Numbered from the whole stretch's first letter, positions 18,753 to 28,488 are shown. The stretch is DNA of 63,365 nt, filler included, from Lentisphaeria bacterium (GCA_041690595.1; 3 parts of 3 records of this genome joined end to end with filler, not necessarily neighbours in it); one strand, 5' to 3'. Notes: a model not told the origin generated them from the sequence alone. Program-made: numbers and translations.

Positions 18753-21043
18753 TGTACCCTCCATCGGCGCGGGGTTTTCTTCCCTGGGCCGTGGCGCAGC
18801 ACGAAGCCGCCGCATCGGGTATCGAGGTGCGATCGCATCCATGCGCCGATTGCTCCTGCATTTAGAGCACCATTGCGCATCCCGATCGTGGCAAGGGCAT
18901 CCTTGAGGTCGGGGTGAGTCTCGGTGGCGCTGATGGCCTGCTGTACGGTGGCAGCTTCATCGACGAAAGTGGCGTGCCAGGCCTCGAAAAACGCCATCAC
19001 CGCCTCCCGTTCGGGATCTCCATCGCGCAGGCGCTGCTGGCTCGTCACAGGGTCGGGCATACCCAGCCAGACTAGGGCCGCGCGCACGGTGCGGTTCCAG
19101 CTCTCGAAGGAGCCGAAGGGAGTTATTTTGATCCCAGGGCTGCCCGCGCATAAATAAGCTCTGACTATGGTGTGGGCGGCCGCCACCAGCTCGCGCCGGT
19201 GCTCGACAGTCTCGGCGATCAGGTTCTGAGGGATCTCCCTCAGCTCAGGCTGCTCGGTCAGCGCATCCAGTCGGCAGACGAGTGAGCGCCGCACTAAGTC
19301 GCCACGGATGATGAGATTGTTGCCGGTCGCGACGAGCAGCGCCGTAGCCGGGACCGTCACCATATCGTGCCCGCCCATCACTCGGATTCGTCGGCTCGAT
19401 TGGGTAATCATCTGGCAGAGCGTAGCGCCGCCCAGCTGGGTCTCGATATTGTCGAGAGCAATTATTGTGTCACCGGCCAGCAACATACCGTCGAGGCGCT
19501 TGGATGCCTCCACCGAGTCTCGCCCGTATTCCATCACGGCGGCACGAGTGCCCGCCGCCAGCACCGATACGGCATCAACGAACATTGACTTGCCGCTACC
19601 GGGCGCGTTGGCATCCATGACAAACATCGGCACCGCATCGAGTACTGGGCGCAGAACTGCCGTGAGCAGCATGGCCATGGCCACACTTTCGTCTGCGGGT
19701 GTCGCCCAAGGGTAATAGCGGAAGTGCTCTCGCAGGCGCTGCAGCGCCGCCTCGGCCGCCTGAAACGTTTCGCCCGGAGCGGGCCAATCTCCATCAACCT
19801 CGATCAACAGGCCGGCGCGGTAACCCGCCGTGCCGCTCCACGTGCCATCAATCCACAGGACGGGATGCGACACTACGGCCCGCAGAATCGGCCATCGCGT
19901 CTCGTCGGGGATGGTGGCAATCAGCACGGCGTGGTTCATCGGCGGGTCCGTGTTGCCCAACTCGAGCTGGCCGCCGCGTCGACGGTAGCGCCGATATTGA
20001 ACGGTCTCGGCCATGCGAAGCCAGACCCAGCCGGCTTCCACCGGCGCCAAAATGGTTGACCCCGCCGATCTGAATATGCCGCCGGATGTATCGGGGCTTT
20101 CGAGCCGCACCGGGCGAACCAGCTGCCCGCCACGGTTGTAGATCTCTACGCCGGCCCGCTGCAATGCTTCGATCGTTTGATTGAGGACGCCCGTGGCGTC
20201 CCCATCCCGAACGATGATCGCTGGTTGCTTCGGGTCGCAGCCATCTATGGCTTCCAGCGCCTCCTCAGCGCCAGGCGCGGCCGCTGCCCGCTCCAGACAC
20301 GCCCGCACGCGTTCGACACCGTGAGTCACCGCCAGGTCGTTGAAGTCGGTGCCCTCATCGTCTGCGAGATCAGGGACGGCCACCAGACCTTGGACGAGCC
20401 TCGCCGCGGACTCCGCTTTCGTCCGGCCCGGGTTGCCGACGCCCTGCCGGTCGTCATCGGCGGCAATGACGAGCCGCGCGGCCGGGTACTTGTCCCGCAC
20501 GGCCTTCGCCACGTGTCGCAGGTTGCCGGCATCGAATGCAACCAGGACGGGCGCGCCCGACGCCTCGTGAACCGTTGCCGCCGTCGCATAACCCTCGGCG
20601 ATGTAAATCAACTCAGCACCGGTAATGTCGCCAATGACGTGCATTGCGCCACGCTTCTTCGTGCCGCGTTCGAACCGTTTCCCTCCATCCGCGAAGATCT
20701 TCTGCAGGCCGCGCCAGTCGCCGTCGATGGAGCGGACAGGGACCAACAGTACGCCGTTCTCCTGGCGAAGCCCGTGGGCAGCCACACCTTTGCGCTGGAG
20801 GTACACGTTACCGGTCGTATTGGTGCTGGCTCGGTTCCAGCGTGCTAGCCCGGGGCGAGTCTGGATGACGTGGGTAGTCGGCGCCGATCGGCCACCTTTT
20901 TCATCGCAGCGATGGCACATCCAAACCGCGCCGCCGCCCGCCTCTGCCTTGATCGCGAGCGCGTTGGGATGGCCGCAGGCGTAGCAGGGGCGCCGATGTT
21001 CGCCTGGTTCAGCTGGGAACTCGATTGGTGGTGCGCTGCCCAT
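18740..21043 (-). CDS. Primase-helicase replication protein (Zn finger, Toprim, P-loop domain)
   Basis: CYACG..CHRC, IYIAEGYATA and AADDD Toprim motifs, APGSGKS Walker A, IIALDN Walker B. Confidence 0.88.
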   Translation of the reverse strand: MGSAPPIEFPAEPGEHRRPCYACGHPNALAIKAEAGGGAVWMCHRCDEKGGRSAPTTHVIQTRPGLARWNRASTNTTGNVYLQRKGVAAHGLRQENGVLLVPVRSIDGDWRGLQKIFADGGKRFERGTKKRGAMHVIGDITGAELIYIAEGYATAATVHEASGAPVLVAFDAGNLRHVAKAVRDKYPAARLVIAADDDRQGVGNPGRTKAESAARLVQGLVAVPDLADDEGTDFNDLAVTHGVERVRACLERAAAAPGAEEALEAIDGCDPKQPAIIVRDGDATGVLNQTIEALQRAGVEIYNRGGQLVRPVRLESPDTSGGIFRSAGSTILAPVEAGWVWLRMAETVQYRRYRRRGGQLELGNTDPPMNHAVLIATIPDETRWPILRAVVSHPVLWIDGTWSGTAGYRAGLLIEVDGDWPAPGETFQAAEAALQRLREHFRYYPWATPADESVAMAMLLTAVLRPVLDAVPMFVMDANAPGSGKSMFVDAVSVLAAGTRAAVMEYGRDSVEASKRLDGMLLAGDTIIALDNIETQLGGATLCQMITQSSRRIRVMGGHDMVTVPATALLVATGNNLIIRGDLVRRSLVCRLDALTEQPELREIPQNLIAETVEHRRELVAAAHTIVRAYLCAGSPGIKITPFGSFESWNRTVRAALVWLGMPDPVTSQQRLRDGDPEREAVMAFFEAWHATFVDEAATVQQAISATETHPDLKDALATIGMRNGALNAGAIGAWMRSHLDTRCGGFVLRHGPGKKTPRRWRVQRCS

Positions 21044-21327
21044 TACTGGGCATCCTTCATGGTGATGGGAACCCGCCCCAGGTCCGAATGAACCTGATGT
21101 GGCAGGCTCTCATGCCGGTCCTTGCCAAAGGCGAAATCACCGCGCGCATTCCCGCGATAGAAGCCGTACTGGGCGTCAGCGCGAAACGGCGCGCAACGAT
21201 CGCTTCCGGGGCAGGGCTGGACTCGGTTGTTCCAGTTTACGTCGATGCCCAATACGCAAACGTTGTTCGGGCAAATGCGGCGCCCGGGGGCACGAATTGA
21301 ATCGAAGTCGAGTTGCAGCCTGCTCAT
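21043..21327 (-). CDS. Hypothetical protein
   Basis: Overlaps both neighbours in the alpA-primase operon. Confidence 0.45.
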   Translation of the reverse strand: MSRLQLDFDSIRAPGRRICPNNVCVLGIDVNWNNRVQPCPGSDRCAPFRADAQYGFYRGNARGDFAFGKDRHESLPHQVHSDLGRVPITMKDAQ

Positions 21328-21599
21328 TCACCACCTCCCGGGTGCAAGGACAGGACGCGGTGGACGAATCTTTGGCATACAGACTGAAAGGCAGCATCGC
21401 GTGTGATCGACTCAAAAGCGATCATGACGAGCGTACCTGAGACGCCCGAGAGCGTGTATTTCCAGATGGTGGAGGGCGTGTCCTCGTTCGAAAGCTGCTG
21501 GAACGAAGCCGGGCTGGCGCTAGGTTCCGCCCTACCAGCTCCCGCTGGCCGTTTTGCTCTTCCCATACGCCGGGCGCCAACAAGGCTGCGTCCCGTCAT
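21324..21599 (-). CDS. Hypothetical protein
   Basis: ATGA overlaps with alpA and with the next ORF. Confidence 0.55.
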   Translation of the reverse strand: MTGRSLVGARRMGRAKRPAGAGRAEPSASPASFQQLSNEDTPSTIWKYTLSGVSGTLVMIAFESITRDAAFQSVCQRFVHRVLSLHPGGGE

Positions 21600-21847
21600 G
21601 CTGCACCCCGCCTCTGCCGGCGCCCGTCGTGCGCTCGACGCATGCGGTCTCCGGTGTCCGCATCAACATCTTCAGCTCGCGGGCGCGAAGCGATCCAAGC
21701 CTCCACCTCATCGGATCGCCAGCCACATGCTCGCGTACTGATACGAACGCGCTTCGGAAACTGCCCTGCTCGCTCCAAGTCGTCAATTCGAGTCTTCCGC
21801 AAACCGGTTGCGGCTTCTACTTCAGGCCGCCGCAGAATTCGTAACAT
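21596..21847 (-). CDS. alpA: AlpA-family regulator/excisionase
   Basis: ILRRPEVEAATGL..GQFPKRVRIS..GWRSDEVEAWI. Confidence 0.92.
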   Translation of the reverse strand: MLRILRRPEVEAATGLRKTRIDDLERAGQFPKRVRISTRACGWRSDEVEAWIASRPRAEDVDADTGDRMRRAHDGRRQRRGAA

Positions 21848-21863
21848 GGTTGATTTACTCCGA

Positions 21864-21883
21864 CACTATCCGCGGGGATAGTG
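21864..21883. promoter_or_regulatory. Inverted repeat upstream of alpA
   Basis: CACTATCC-gcgg-GGATAGTG, 16 bp before the alpA start. Confidence 0.4.
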
Positions 21884-21942
21884 CGGGAGCGGGCGAAATG
21901 TGTCCGCTCGTAAGTACCGCCCCATTTTTGGGGCGGCTGTTA

Positions 21943-22617
21943 CTACTGAATCAGATCGGAAGCGCGGCGTTTTGCGTCTTGTACCAGATCCCGCCAACTT
22001 GTTGTTGCGAGGTTGCAGCCCAATTCATCACCAATTGCCTTGAGGACTCGGACTGCGTCCGACTCATAGCCAAAGACTGGATCGGCTGTGGCGGCGGGTG
22101 GGACACCGTACAGCTGGAGCGCCCGCAACACTTCGATCGTCATCTCTAGTAGGTGGCTGCGTTGTTGTTGACTGATCCTCGGCACGCTGATCTGGTCGAC
22201 CTTAACGCCGGCTTGCTCAACATGAGAAATCAAAGCTTCTAGAGCGTCTGCACAGCCCGCCGGGTCAGCGTCGAATCCGAGGAGCCGGTCGAACTCTGGC
22301 GACAGGTTGCGCAGCTTTTCGAGCGCGTCCTGCAACGACCTCAAGGTCGAGTCCTTCTCGGCCCGCAGTTCCTTCTTGGTGGAGTTCCACTTCAGCCAGT
22401 GAAGCGCTGATTTACCAGGCCATGCAGACGCCAGCACGTGGTCGACGAAGTTTTCCGCTGGGTCTCCCCATATGTGGTCCGGATCTTCCGCTTCGGTGAT
22501 TTCCCGCTCAGCGACGGGGAAAAATTGCCGGAGTGTCTCGCGGAGATCGTCTGACCAATCGGGGATACTGGTCCATGCCCCATCCCCCTTAAAGGGCGGC
22601 TTAACTCGCTGCGGCAT
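21943..22617 (-). CDS. Hypothetical helical protein between int and alpA
   Basis: Within ORF 21943..22680; likely start at MPQRVK. Confidence 0.7.
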   Translation of the reverse strand: MPQRVKPPFKGDGAWTSIPDWSDDLRETLRQFFPVAEREITEAEDPDHIWGDPAENFVDHVLASAWPGKSALHWLKWNSTKKELRAEKDSTLRSLQDALEKLRNLSPEFDRLLGFDADPAGCADALEALISHVEQAGVKVDQISVPRISQQQRSHLLEMTIEVLRALQLYGVPPAATADPVFGYESDAVRVLKAIGDELGCNLATTSWRDLVQDAKRRASDLIQ

Positions 22618-22724
22618 GGTCGCGCCACCTGCTCGGGCAAAGCTGACCAGACAATCGTGTTGCCAAACCATTTCCTCCACATCAGCCTCGATTGCGGTCG
22701 CCGCAGCATCAGTTCGGCGGACTG

Positions 22725-23939
22725 CTACCCTAGACGCTGATTAGCGGCCGTATCGATAGGTTCAACCACTTCCGGTCCCGCCTTCAGGCCGTCGAGATAG
22801 TCAGACCACGCTTGCATCATGCTGCGGCGCTCAGCGAGCCGCTCAGCGCGATTGTAAGCCGCCCTCACCTTGTCCCTCGGCTTGTGCGCCAGCTGCAGTT
22901 CGATCACGTCTGGATGCCAACCCAGCTCGTTCAGAAGCGTGCTGGCGACGGTACGAAACCCGTGGCCGGTCATCTCGTCCTTACCGTACCCCATGCGCCG
23001 CAGCGCCGCGTTGACGGTGTTTTCGCTGATCGGGCGTTCTCGTGTCCGCAGGGAGGGGAACAGTAACCGACCTGTGCCGGTATGACCCTGCAACTCTCTC
23101 AGCAGCGCGACCGCCTGGCGGGAAAGCGGGACCACATGGCGCTCGTCCATCTTCATCCGCACCGCGGGGATGCGCCACTCGGCGCCGTCTAGGTCGAACT
23201 CGCCCCACTCTGCCGCCCTCAGCTCGCCAGGGCGAACGAACACCAGGGGGGACAGGCGCAAGGCATACATGACGCTCGGCTGCCCCTGGTAGCCGTCCAG
23301 CGCCCGCAGAAGCGCCCCCACGGCTTTTGGCTCGATGATGGCCGCGAAGTTGGTAGTCCTGACCGGCGCAATGGCGCCGCGCAGATCGGCCGCAGGATCG
23401 CGCTCAGCGCGCCCGGTGGCGATGGCATACCGGAAGATTCGGCTCACGACGGACCGCACCCGGTGGGCCGTCTCAATCGTCCCCTGCGACTCGATCCGGC
23501 GCAGCACCTTCAGCAGCTCCGGCGCCGTGATGTCGGTGATTGCCCACCGGCCGAGGTAAGGGTTGACGTACTTGGATACGCGGCGGTCGTACTGGTCGCG
23601 GGTGCCGGCGTCCAGCTTGCCGTTCTGCTTCAACCACTCGGCGGCGATGGCTTCGAACGTGTCGGCCCTCGCCGACCGCTCAGCCTGCCGCTTCGCGCTC
23701 GGGTCGATCCCATTGGCGAGCTGCTGGCGGGCCTCGTCCCGTTTCTTCCGTGCGACCTTCAGCGAGGTATCGGGATAGGTGCCAAGTGACAGCATCTTCT
23801 CCCGGTTCGCGTATCGGTAGCGGAGCCTCCACCACATGGCTCCGCTCGGTTGAACGAGGATAGAAAGCCCTTTTTCGTCAGAAATCTTGTAGGGCTTCTT
23901 TCGCGGTTTCATGGCCCGCAGCGCCTTATCCGTCAGCAT
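22725..23939 (-). CDS. int: P4-type tyrosine integrase with arm-binding domain
   Basis: MLTDKAL..YKISDEKGL..LSLGTYP N-domain; catalytic FVRPGE, HGFR, QLAH and AAYNR all intact. Confidence 0.97.
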   Translation of the reverse strand: MLTDKALRAMKPRKKPYKISDEKGLSILVQPSGAMWWRLRYRYANREKMLSLGTYPDTSLKVARKKRDEARQQLANGIDPSAKRQAERSARADTFEAIAAEWLKQNGKLDAGTRDQYDRRVSKYVNPYLGRWAITDITAPELLKVLRRIESQGTIETAHRVRSVVSRIFRYAIATGRAERDPAADLRGAIAPVRTTNFAAIIEPKAVGALLRALDGYQGQPSVMYALRLSPLVFVRPGELRAAEWGEFDLDGAEWRIPAVRMKMDERHVVPLSRQAVALLRELQGHTGTGRLLFPSLRTRERPISENTVNAALRRMGYGKDEMTGHGFRTVASTLLNELGWHPDVIELQLAHKPRDKVRAAYNRAERLAERRSMMQAWSDYLDGLKAGPEVVEPIDTAANQRLG

Positions 23940-23968
23940 CGGGGGTAACCCCCTTGGTGGCCTCTCAC

Positions 23969-23990
23969 TTACCCGTTGTGCTACCCGCAC
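23969..23990. promoter_or_regulatory. Putative integrase arm-type site
   Basis: TTACCCGTTGTGCTACCCGCAC between int and the tRNA; matches 149-170. Confidence 0.6.
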
Positions 23991-24104
23991 GAGGCTAATG
24001 CTATCACCGGATTGTAACGGACGGTAGGGAACCCATAACCCCCTGATTTACACGGGGTTAGGGTCAATGATGCGTCCTGTAGCGGACCTTAGCGGAAGGA
24101 GTAA

Positions 24105-24178
24105 TGGAGGCTGGGGTCGGAATCGAACCGGCGTACACGGAGTTGCAGTCCGCTGCATAACCACTCTGCCACCCAGCC
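24105..24178 (-). tRNA. tRNA-Cys (GCA)
   Basis: GGCTGGGTGGCAGAGTGGTTATGCAGCGGACT-GCA-ACTCCGTGTACGCCGGTTCGATTCCGACCCCAGCCTCCA; 74 nt with encoded CCA. Confidence 0.98.
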
Positions 24179-24203
24179 TTGGTAGCCGCCGATGCCGCGG
24201 TCG

Positions 24204-24303
24204 NNNNNNNNNNNNNNNNNNNNNNNNNNNNNNNNNNNNNNNNNNNNTTAATTAATTAANNNNNNNNNNNNNNNNNNNNNNNNNNNNNNNNNNNNNNNNN
24301 NNN
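24204..24303. other. Artificial contig linker
   Basis: N run, TTAATTAATTAA (stops in all six frames), N run. Confidence 0.99.
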
Positions 24304-24718
24304 CTATCGCTTCAGCGACTGGGGGCATTGGCATGCAAGCGGTCGACATCCCTTCGAATCCAACTTCGTGACCCACGTCTGTCGCAGCCTCGGCCATCGC
24401 GCCGATGGTTGGGATGCCAAGCGGCTTCAGTCCGAACTGCGCGCCGATCTGGCCCGCACCATGGCCGCCGACGCCGATGCCAAAGCGATGCAGGCTGCCT
24501 CCGAGAGCGGGAAGAAACGTCCGGCGCCCATCCTGCGCGCCGATCGCCGGAATCGCTGCTGGAGCGATGGCGCGATCATCGGCGATCGGCAATTCGTCCG
24601 CGAAGTAGCTGGTGCCGCCTACGGCAGCGATGCCGTCAACAAGAAACGCCTCGGAAGCGGGCGCCTGCCCGATTCCGGCGAACTGCTCTACAGCTTCCGC
24701 CGGCTGCGACAGGATTGA
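24304..24718 (+). CDS. 3' part of a probable Y1/RAYT-like transposase (cut by the contig edge)
   Basis: RRNRCWSDGAIIGDRQFV..LYSFRRLR resembles C-termini of RAYT-like transposases; flanked by palindromic repeats. The catalytic HUH part is not in the window. Confidence 0.5.
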
Positions 24719-24994
24719 CGGGTTTCAGCCGGCACTGGTCTTCAGCTCAGAACAGCTCAGGCAGGTTGGACAAGGTCGGACGGGTCTGAGTCGATCTGAG
24801 TTGTTGCGTGCATCACAGGTGCCTGTCGGGGTGGCGGATGTTCCGGGGAGGGGAACGGCGATTGGCCCCCTTCTACCCGCAGCACCGATTGAGGGCGCGG
24901 GCATTATTGCGCGACTTCCGGGGATGCAGGTCGCCTATCCTGGCCTGGGACTGGACGTTACCACTGGCAGCTGCATTGCCGGGGGCACAGCGGT

Positions 24995-25012
24995 GCCACT
25001 CAGGCGAGTGGC
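24995..25012. repeat. REP-like palindrome family A
   Basis: GCCACTCAGGCGAGTGGC; identical copies at 47818-47835 and 54029-54046. Confidence 0.85.
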
Positions 25013-25095
25013 GTTCCCAGGAAAGGGGGCGCTGCCCATGGTCGATGCCTGGCCGGGTTCTGCCAGCCAGGCCAATTGAGGGGGCGGTCGTCATG

Positions 25096-25517
25096 TGTGT
25101 GACTTTTGTCCCTGAAGTGAGGTAGCGTCCTCGGGTTGAGGCGAGAAGTACCTGTCCCCGGATTGCCTGTGTGACTTTTGTCCCTGAAGTGAGGTAGCGT
25201 CCTCGGGTTGAGGCGAGAAGTACCTGTCCCCGGATTGCCTGCTCGGGTTGAGGCGAGAAGTACCTGTCCCCGGATTACCTCCTGTCCCCGGATTACCTGT
25301 CCCCGGATTACCTGTCCCCGGATTGCCTCCTGTCCCCGGATTGCCTGCCTCCCTGAGGGGCGAGAGGTACCTGTCACCGAGGGGCCGCCCCGAGGGGCCC
25401 CCGAGGTGCCGCATCGTCGGGTTGAGGCGAGAAGTACCTGTCCCCGAGTTGCCGTCCCCGAGTTGAGGCTGGCACCGGAATTCCCGGATTGAGGCGAGGC
25501 GAGAGGTACTTGTCCCA
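25096..25517. repeat. Nested tandem-repeat tract with (TA)CCTGTCCCC core
   Basis: Exact 72-bp duplication (25096-25167 and 25168-25239), then shorter GGGTTGAGGCGAGAAGTACCTGTCCCC and CCTGTCCCCGGATT units. Confidence 0.9.
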
Positions 25518-25534
25518 GGCTGAAAAGACCGCGA

Positions 25535-25563
25535 TTGACATTTCCTCGCGAATACTGTATAGA
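25535..25563 (+). promoter_or_regulatory. Sigma70-type promoter
   Basis: TTGACA-17 bp-TATAGA upstream of the prepilin-like gene. Confidence 0.55.
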
Positions 25564-25658
25564 AGCTCTGTGAGCAGCTTCTGCGCCGCCCGAAATATCC
25601 GCGAGCTCCCACCTCAACGTGGCCTTCTTCCCCCAAAATCGTCAACAGGAGTCCTGAC

Positions 25659-26423
25659 ATGAGTCAGCAAGCGCGCCCGCGTGCATCCTTTACTCTTATC
25701 GAACTCCTGGTTGTCATCGCCATAATTGCCATTCTCGCCTCGCTCCTCCTGCCTGCCCTCAGCGTCGCCAGAGAAAAAGCCCGGCGAACCGAATGCATCA
25801 ACCGACTCAAGCAGCTCGGCCTGGTCATGACCATCTACGTGAATGACTTCGACGGCTACTACCCCTGGATGCAGACGACTTCCACGGATTATACCCTTGT
25901 CGACCAGGCCGCCCCATTCGGTGGCGTCAGTGGCGGTTCCGGAGCCAACGATCCGCTCGACTGGATGGACAGTCGCGTCAAGCATTGGGGACGACTCGAC
26001 TACATCAACCGTGCTGAACAGATCAACTGCCCGTCTTCCAAGGAAAAGAAGCTCTTTCCCGCCAACAAGTGGATCAGCCGCGTCGGCTACTTCCAGGTCG
26101 GCGTCGGGACCGCCAGTGCTCGCGTCAAGGAGGTCACCAACCCCGATCGTCAGCCCTTCATGGCGGATCGATGCTGGATGCCACTCTATTCCTCCGCGCC
26201 CAGCGAAGGAACCGCCGCAACCCGCTGGTCCCACCACATGCCCGGTAATCCTCAAGGCATCAACAGCGTCTATGTCGACGTGCATGTCCAATGGCACGGC
26301 GACATCCGGTCTCTCTGGTGGGGACCACACAAAGGCTACGGCACCAGCATCCGCGCCCTCATCCCACCCAATTCCCTCGCCTCCTACTCCGGCAATGCCA
26401 ATATCCAACCTGGCCCGTGGTGA
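25659..26423 (+). CDS. Prepilin-type N-terminal cleavage/methylation domain protein (DUF1559-like)
   Basis: [35 protein letters not shown]-terminal [11 protein letters not shown]. Confidence 0.92.
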   Translation: MSQQARPRASFTLIELLVVIAIIAILASLLLPALSVAREKARRTECINRLKQLGLVMTIYVNDFDGYYPWMQTTSTDYTLVDQAAPFGGVSGGSGANDPLDWMDSRVKHWGRLDYINRAEQINCPSSKEKKLFPANKWISRVGYFQVGVGTASARVKEVTNPDRQPFMADRCWMPLYSSAPSEGTAATRWSHHMPGNPQGINSVYVDVHVQWHGDIRSLWWGPHKGYGTSIRALIPPNSLASYSGNANIQPGPW

Positions 26424-26527
26424 GTCTCGCCATTTCTGCCCGTCCTATTCGGCCTGACGCCTCCCTCGCGTGAGATCGATTCGTCGGCGGCAAAGATCGC
26501 CCCTTGCCGCCGACGATTACAGACGCG

Positions 26528-28117
26528 CTATTCCGTTCGCTGCTCGAAATAGTCGGGAATATGATTCTCGACGAGGTACTGAACCGCCTCCTCCAGAGTC
26601 ATCAATTCCTGATTCATGTGGAGGGTCAACGCCCCGAGCACCTGGCAGGCCACCGTGCTGTTGGTGTAGACGCCCGCGGCGGTGGCCTCGTCCGTCATCT
26701 CGTGCTGCCAGTTCTCGCCCGAAAAACTGGGCGCAACCGTCTTCTTGTTTCCCCTGCCGATCTGGTGACTCTGGGCGGCCCCATGCAGAAGCTGGAACTT
26801 GAAGCCGGCGTCCGCATTGGGGAGACCCTTGCGCCCGCCCTGGAACCTGAACTGCCGACCTCCGGCTGACGCGTCGAATTGCAGCAGGTCGTTGTCTGTC
26901 CAGTCTTCGATACGATACCAGTAACCAGCCTGGTCGCGCCCGGCAATGATCGCCATCATCTTGCCGCTTACCAGATCGACGACCAGATAACCAACATGAT
27001 TTACACGCTCAAGACCACCGTCGCCCGCCCGAATGCCGACCTCCGACAAGCGGTAGCAGACCAAGCCTTCCTCCGCCGCGGGCACCGCGGCGTCAGCGAC
27101 CGGAACGACAGCAGCGCTTTCCGCCGCAAGATCCGCTTCCACCTCCTGCGCTGCCGGCTGCAGCTCCTCCAGACGCACCGTCAACTCATCGATGACACCC
27201 TCGTACAGCAACCCTTCTCCGTTGAGCTCACGCGTCGTTTCCAGGTCAAGACGAGCATGCATCGTCGCCATGCGTACACCCTTGCCCGGCCCCTGCGCCT
27301 CGCCACTGCGCCACTTGCCGTTGAGGTTGGCACTTGCGTACGCCTCGCTTCCCCCGATGTCAACCGGATTGGGATGCTCGATACCATGCAGGTGCGAGTA
27401 CCGGAAAGATGCGAAATGACGCCGATGATTGGTCGCGCCGTTGACTCCCGAGGTGAGGAACCAGTAGTGGACACGTCCCAGATCGGCGATGTACCACATG
27501 CCCTCGGTGTGCCAGTCCAGACGCTCGATGGAACCGTCCGCCCACTGCAACAAAGACGTCGCCTTGCGCAAATCAGGATAGAGGACCAGATAACCGTTGC
27601 CGCGCATCGAGCGTGGCGAATTGCCATACTGATTGCCCCGTACGAAGAGCGTATAGACGAGGCTGCGCGCCTCGCCTCCGCCAATCGTCGCTGTCGCCTG
27701 CTCCGATAGCAGTACCGCATTCTGCGGGTCGCTCAGGGTGAGCGTGAAGGTCTCATCCTCTTCATCGGCGGTATCGGCAATCGTCTCAACGCTGATCGTG
27801 CCTTCTGTCTGACCCGGCAGCATGGTCAGGGTGCCGCTGGCGCTGGTATAATCTTCTCCAGCAACCGCCGTGCCGTCGCTCGTTGTATAAGCAATCGTCA
27901 CCGAGAGCGTGCTGGTCTGGCTCAGCGAGACAAGAAACGCCGCGGTCGCCCCCTCGGCTATGACCACATCGCTGATGCTCGCTTCAGGAAGTACCTCCTG
28001 CGCCTGCCCACTCGGCACACACAGTAGAAACAACGCCAGAATGGCCATCAGATGAAAGTACGCGGACATTGTTGCTCTCGATGATACGCATGGTATGCGA
28101 GACCTCTTCATAAACAC
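26528..28117 (-). CDS. Secreted Calx-beta domain protein with a duplicated unknown domain
   Basis: Signal peptide; YTTSDGTAVAGEDY..SGTLT..DEEDETFTLTLSDP Calx-beta motif; start uncertain. Confidence 0.85.
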   Translation of the reverse strand: MFMKRSRIPCVSSRATMSAYFHLMAILALFLLCVPSGQAQEVLPEASISDVVIAEGATAAFLVSLSQTSTLSVTIAYTTSDGTAVAGEDYTSASGTLTMLPGQTEGTISVETIADTADEEDETFTLTLSDPQNAVLLSEQATATIGGGEARSLVYTLFVRGNQYGNSPRSMRGNGYLVLYPDLRKATSLLQWADGSIERLDWHTEGMWYIADLGRVHYWFLTSGVNGATNHRRHFASFRYSHLHGIEHPNPVDIGGSEAYASANLNGKWRSGEAQGPGKGVRMATMHARLDLETTRELNGEGLLYEGVIDELTVRLEELQPAAQEVEADLAAESAAVVPVADAAVPAAEEGLVCYRLSEVGIRAGDGGLERVNHVGYLVVDLVSGKMMAIIAGRDQAGYWYRIEDWTDNDLLQFDASAGGRQFRFQGGRKGLPNADAGFKFQLLHGAAQSHQIGRGNKKTVAPSFSGENWQHEMTDEATAAGVYTNSTVACQVLGALTLHMNQELMTLEEAVQYLVENHIPDYFEQRTE

Positions 28118-28342
28118 CTCGACAGAGTGGGACTCGGCAATGCAGATGCTTCAGTCCCTGATTGGAGTAATGCGGCACCGGACGGTGCCGTCAACATGAG
28201 TCGCGGAAAACGACTCTCCCTCAGTTACCCTGCGTGATGTGCCCCCACCAGTCGTATCAGTATACCCCGGCTGACCAGAAAAGCAAGCCCAAAGGCTCCA
28301 CTCAGCCTCAAGAATCAGCACGTCTTCTCCGTTCCATCCTGC

Positions 28343-28471
28343 CCTCAGCCTGGGGACAGGTACCCTTATGCCCTCAGCTTGGGGACAGGTACCCTTATGC
28401 GCGCAGCCTCAACTCAGCTTGGGGGAACTCAGCCTGGGGACAGGCAGCCTGGGGACAGGTACCCTTATGCG
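28343..28471. repeat. Tandem CAGC(C/T)TGGGGACAGGTACCCTTATG tract
   Basis: Three full and two partial units; the core is the reverse complement of the 25.1-25.5 kb core. Confidence 0.85.
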
Positions 28472-28488
28472 TCTCCGTCTTCTCCGTT

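Larger units (their letters stand above)
85..24128 (-). mobile_element. tRNA-Cys-integrated genomic island, phage-satellite-like (int-alpA-primase core plus cargo)
   Basis: Bounded by a direct repeat of the tRNA 3' end (85-108 vs 24105-24128). Integrase lies next to the tRNA; AlpA and primase-helicase follow; RM and SieB-like cargo. Confidence 0.9.

Noticed and set aside
24248..24259. TTAATTAATTAA palindrome (also 47391-47402)
   Set aside because: Synthetic six-frame stop linker.
25096..25517. Possible CRISPR array
   Set aside because: No unique, regularly sized spacers; units are nested partial duplications; no cas genes.
25000..25660. ORFs with GNPGT/IRGQ repeats
   Set aside because: These are translations of the DNA repeat tract, open in several frames.
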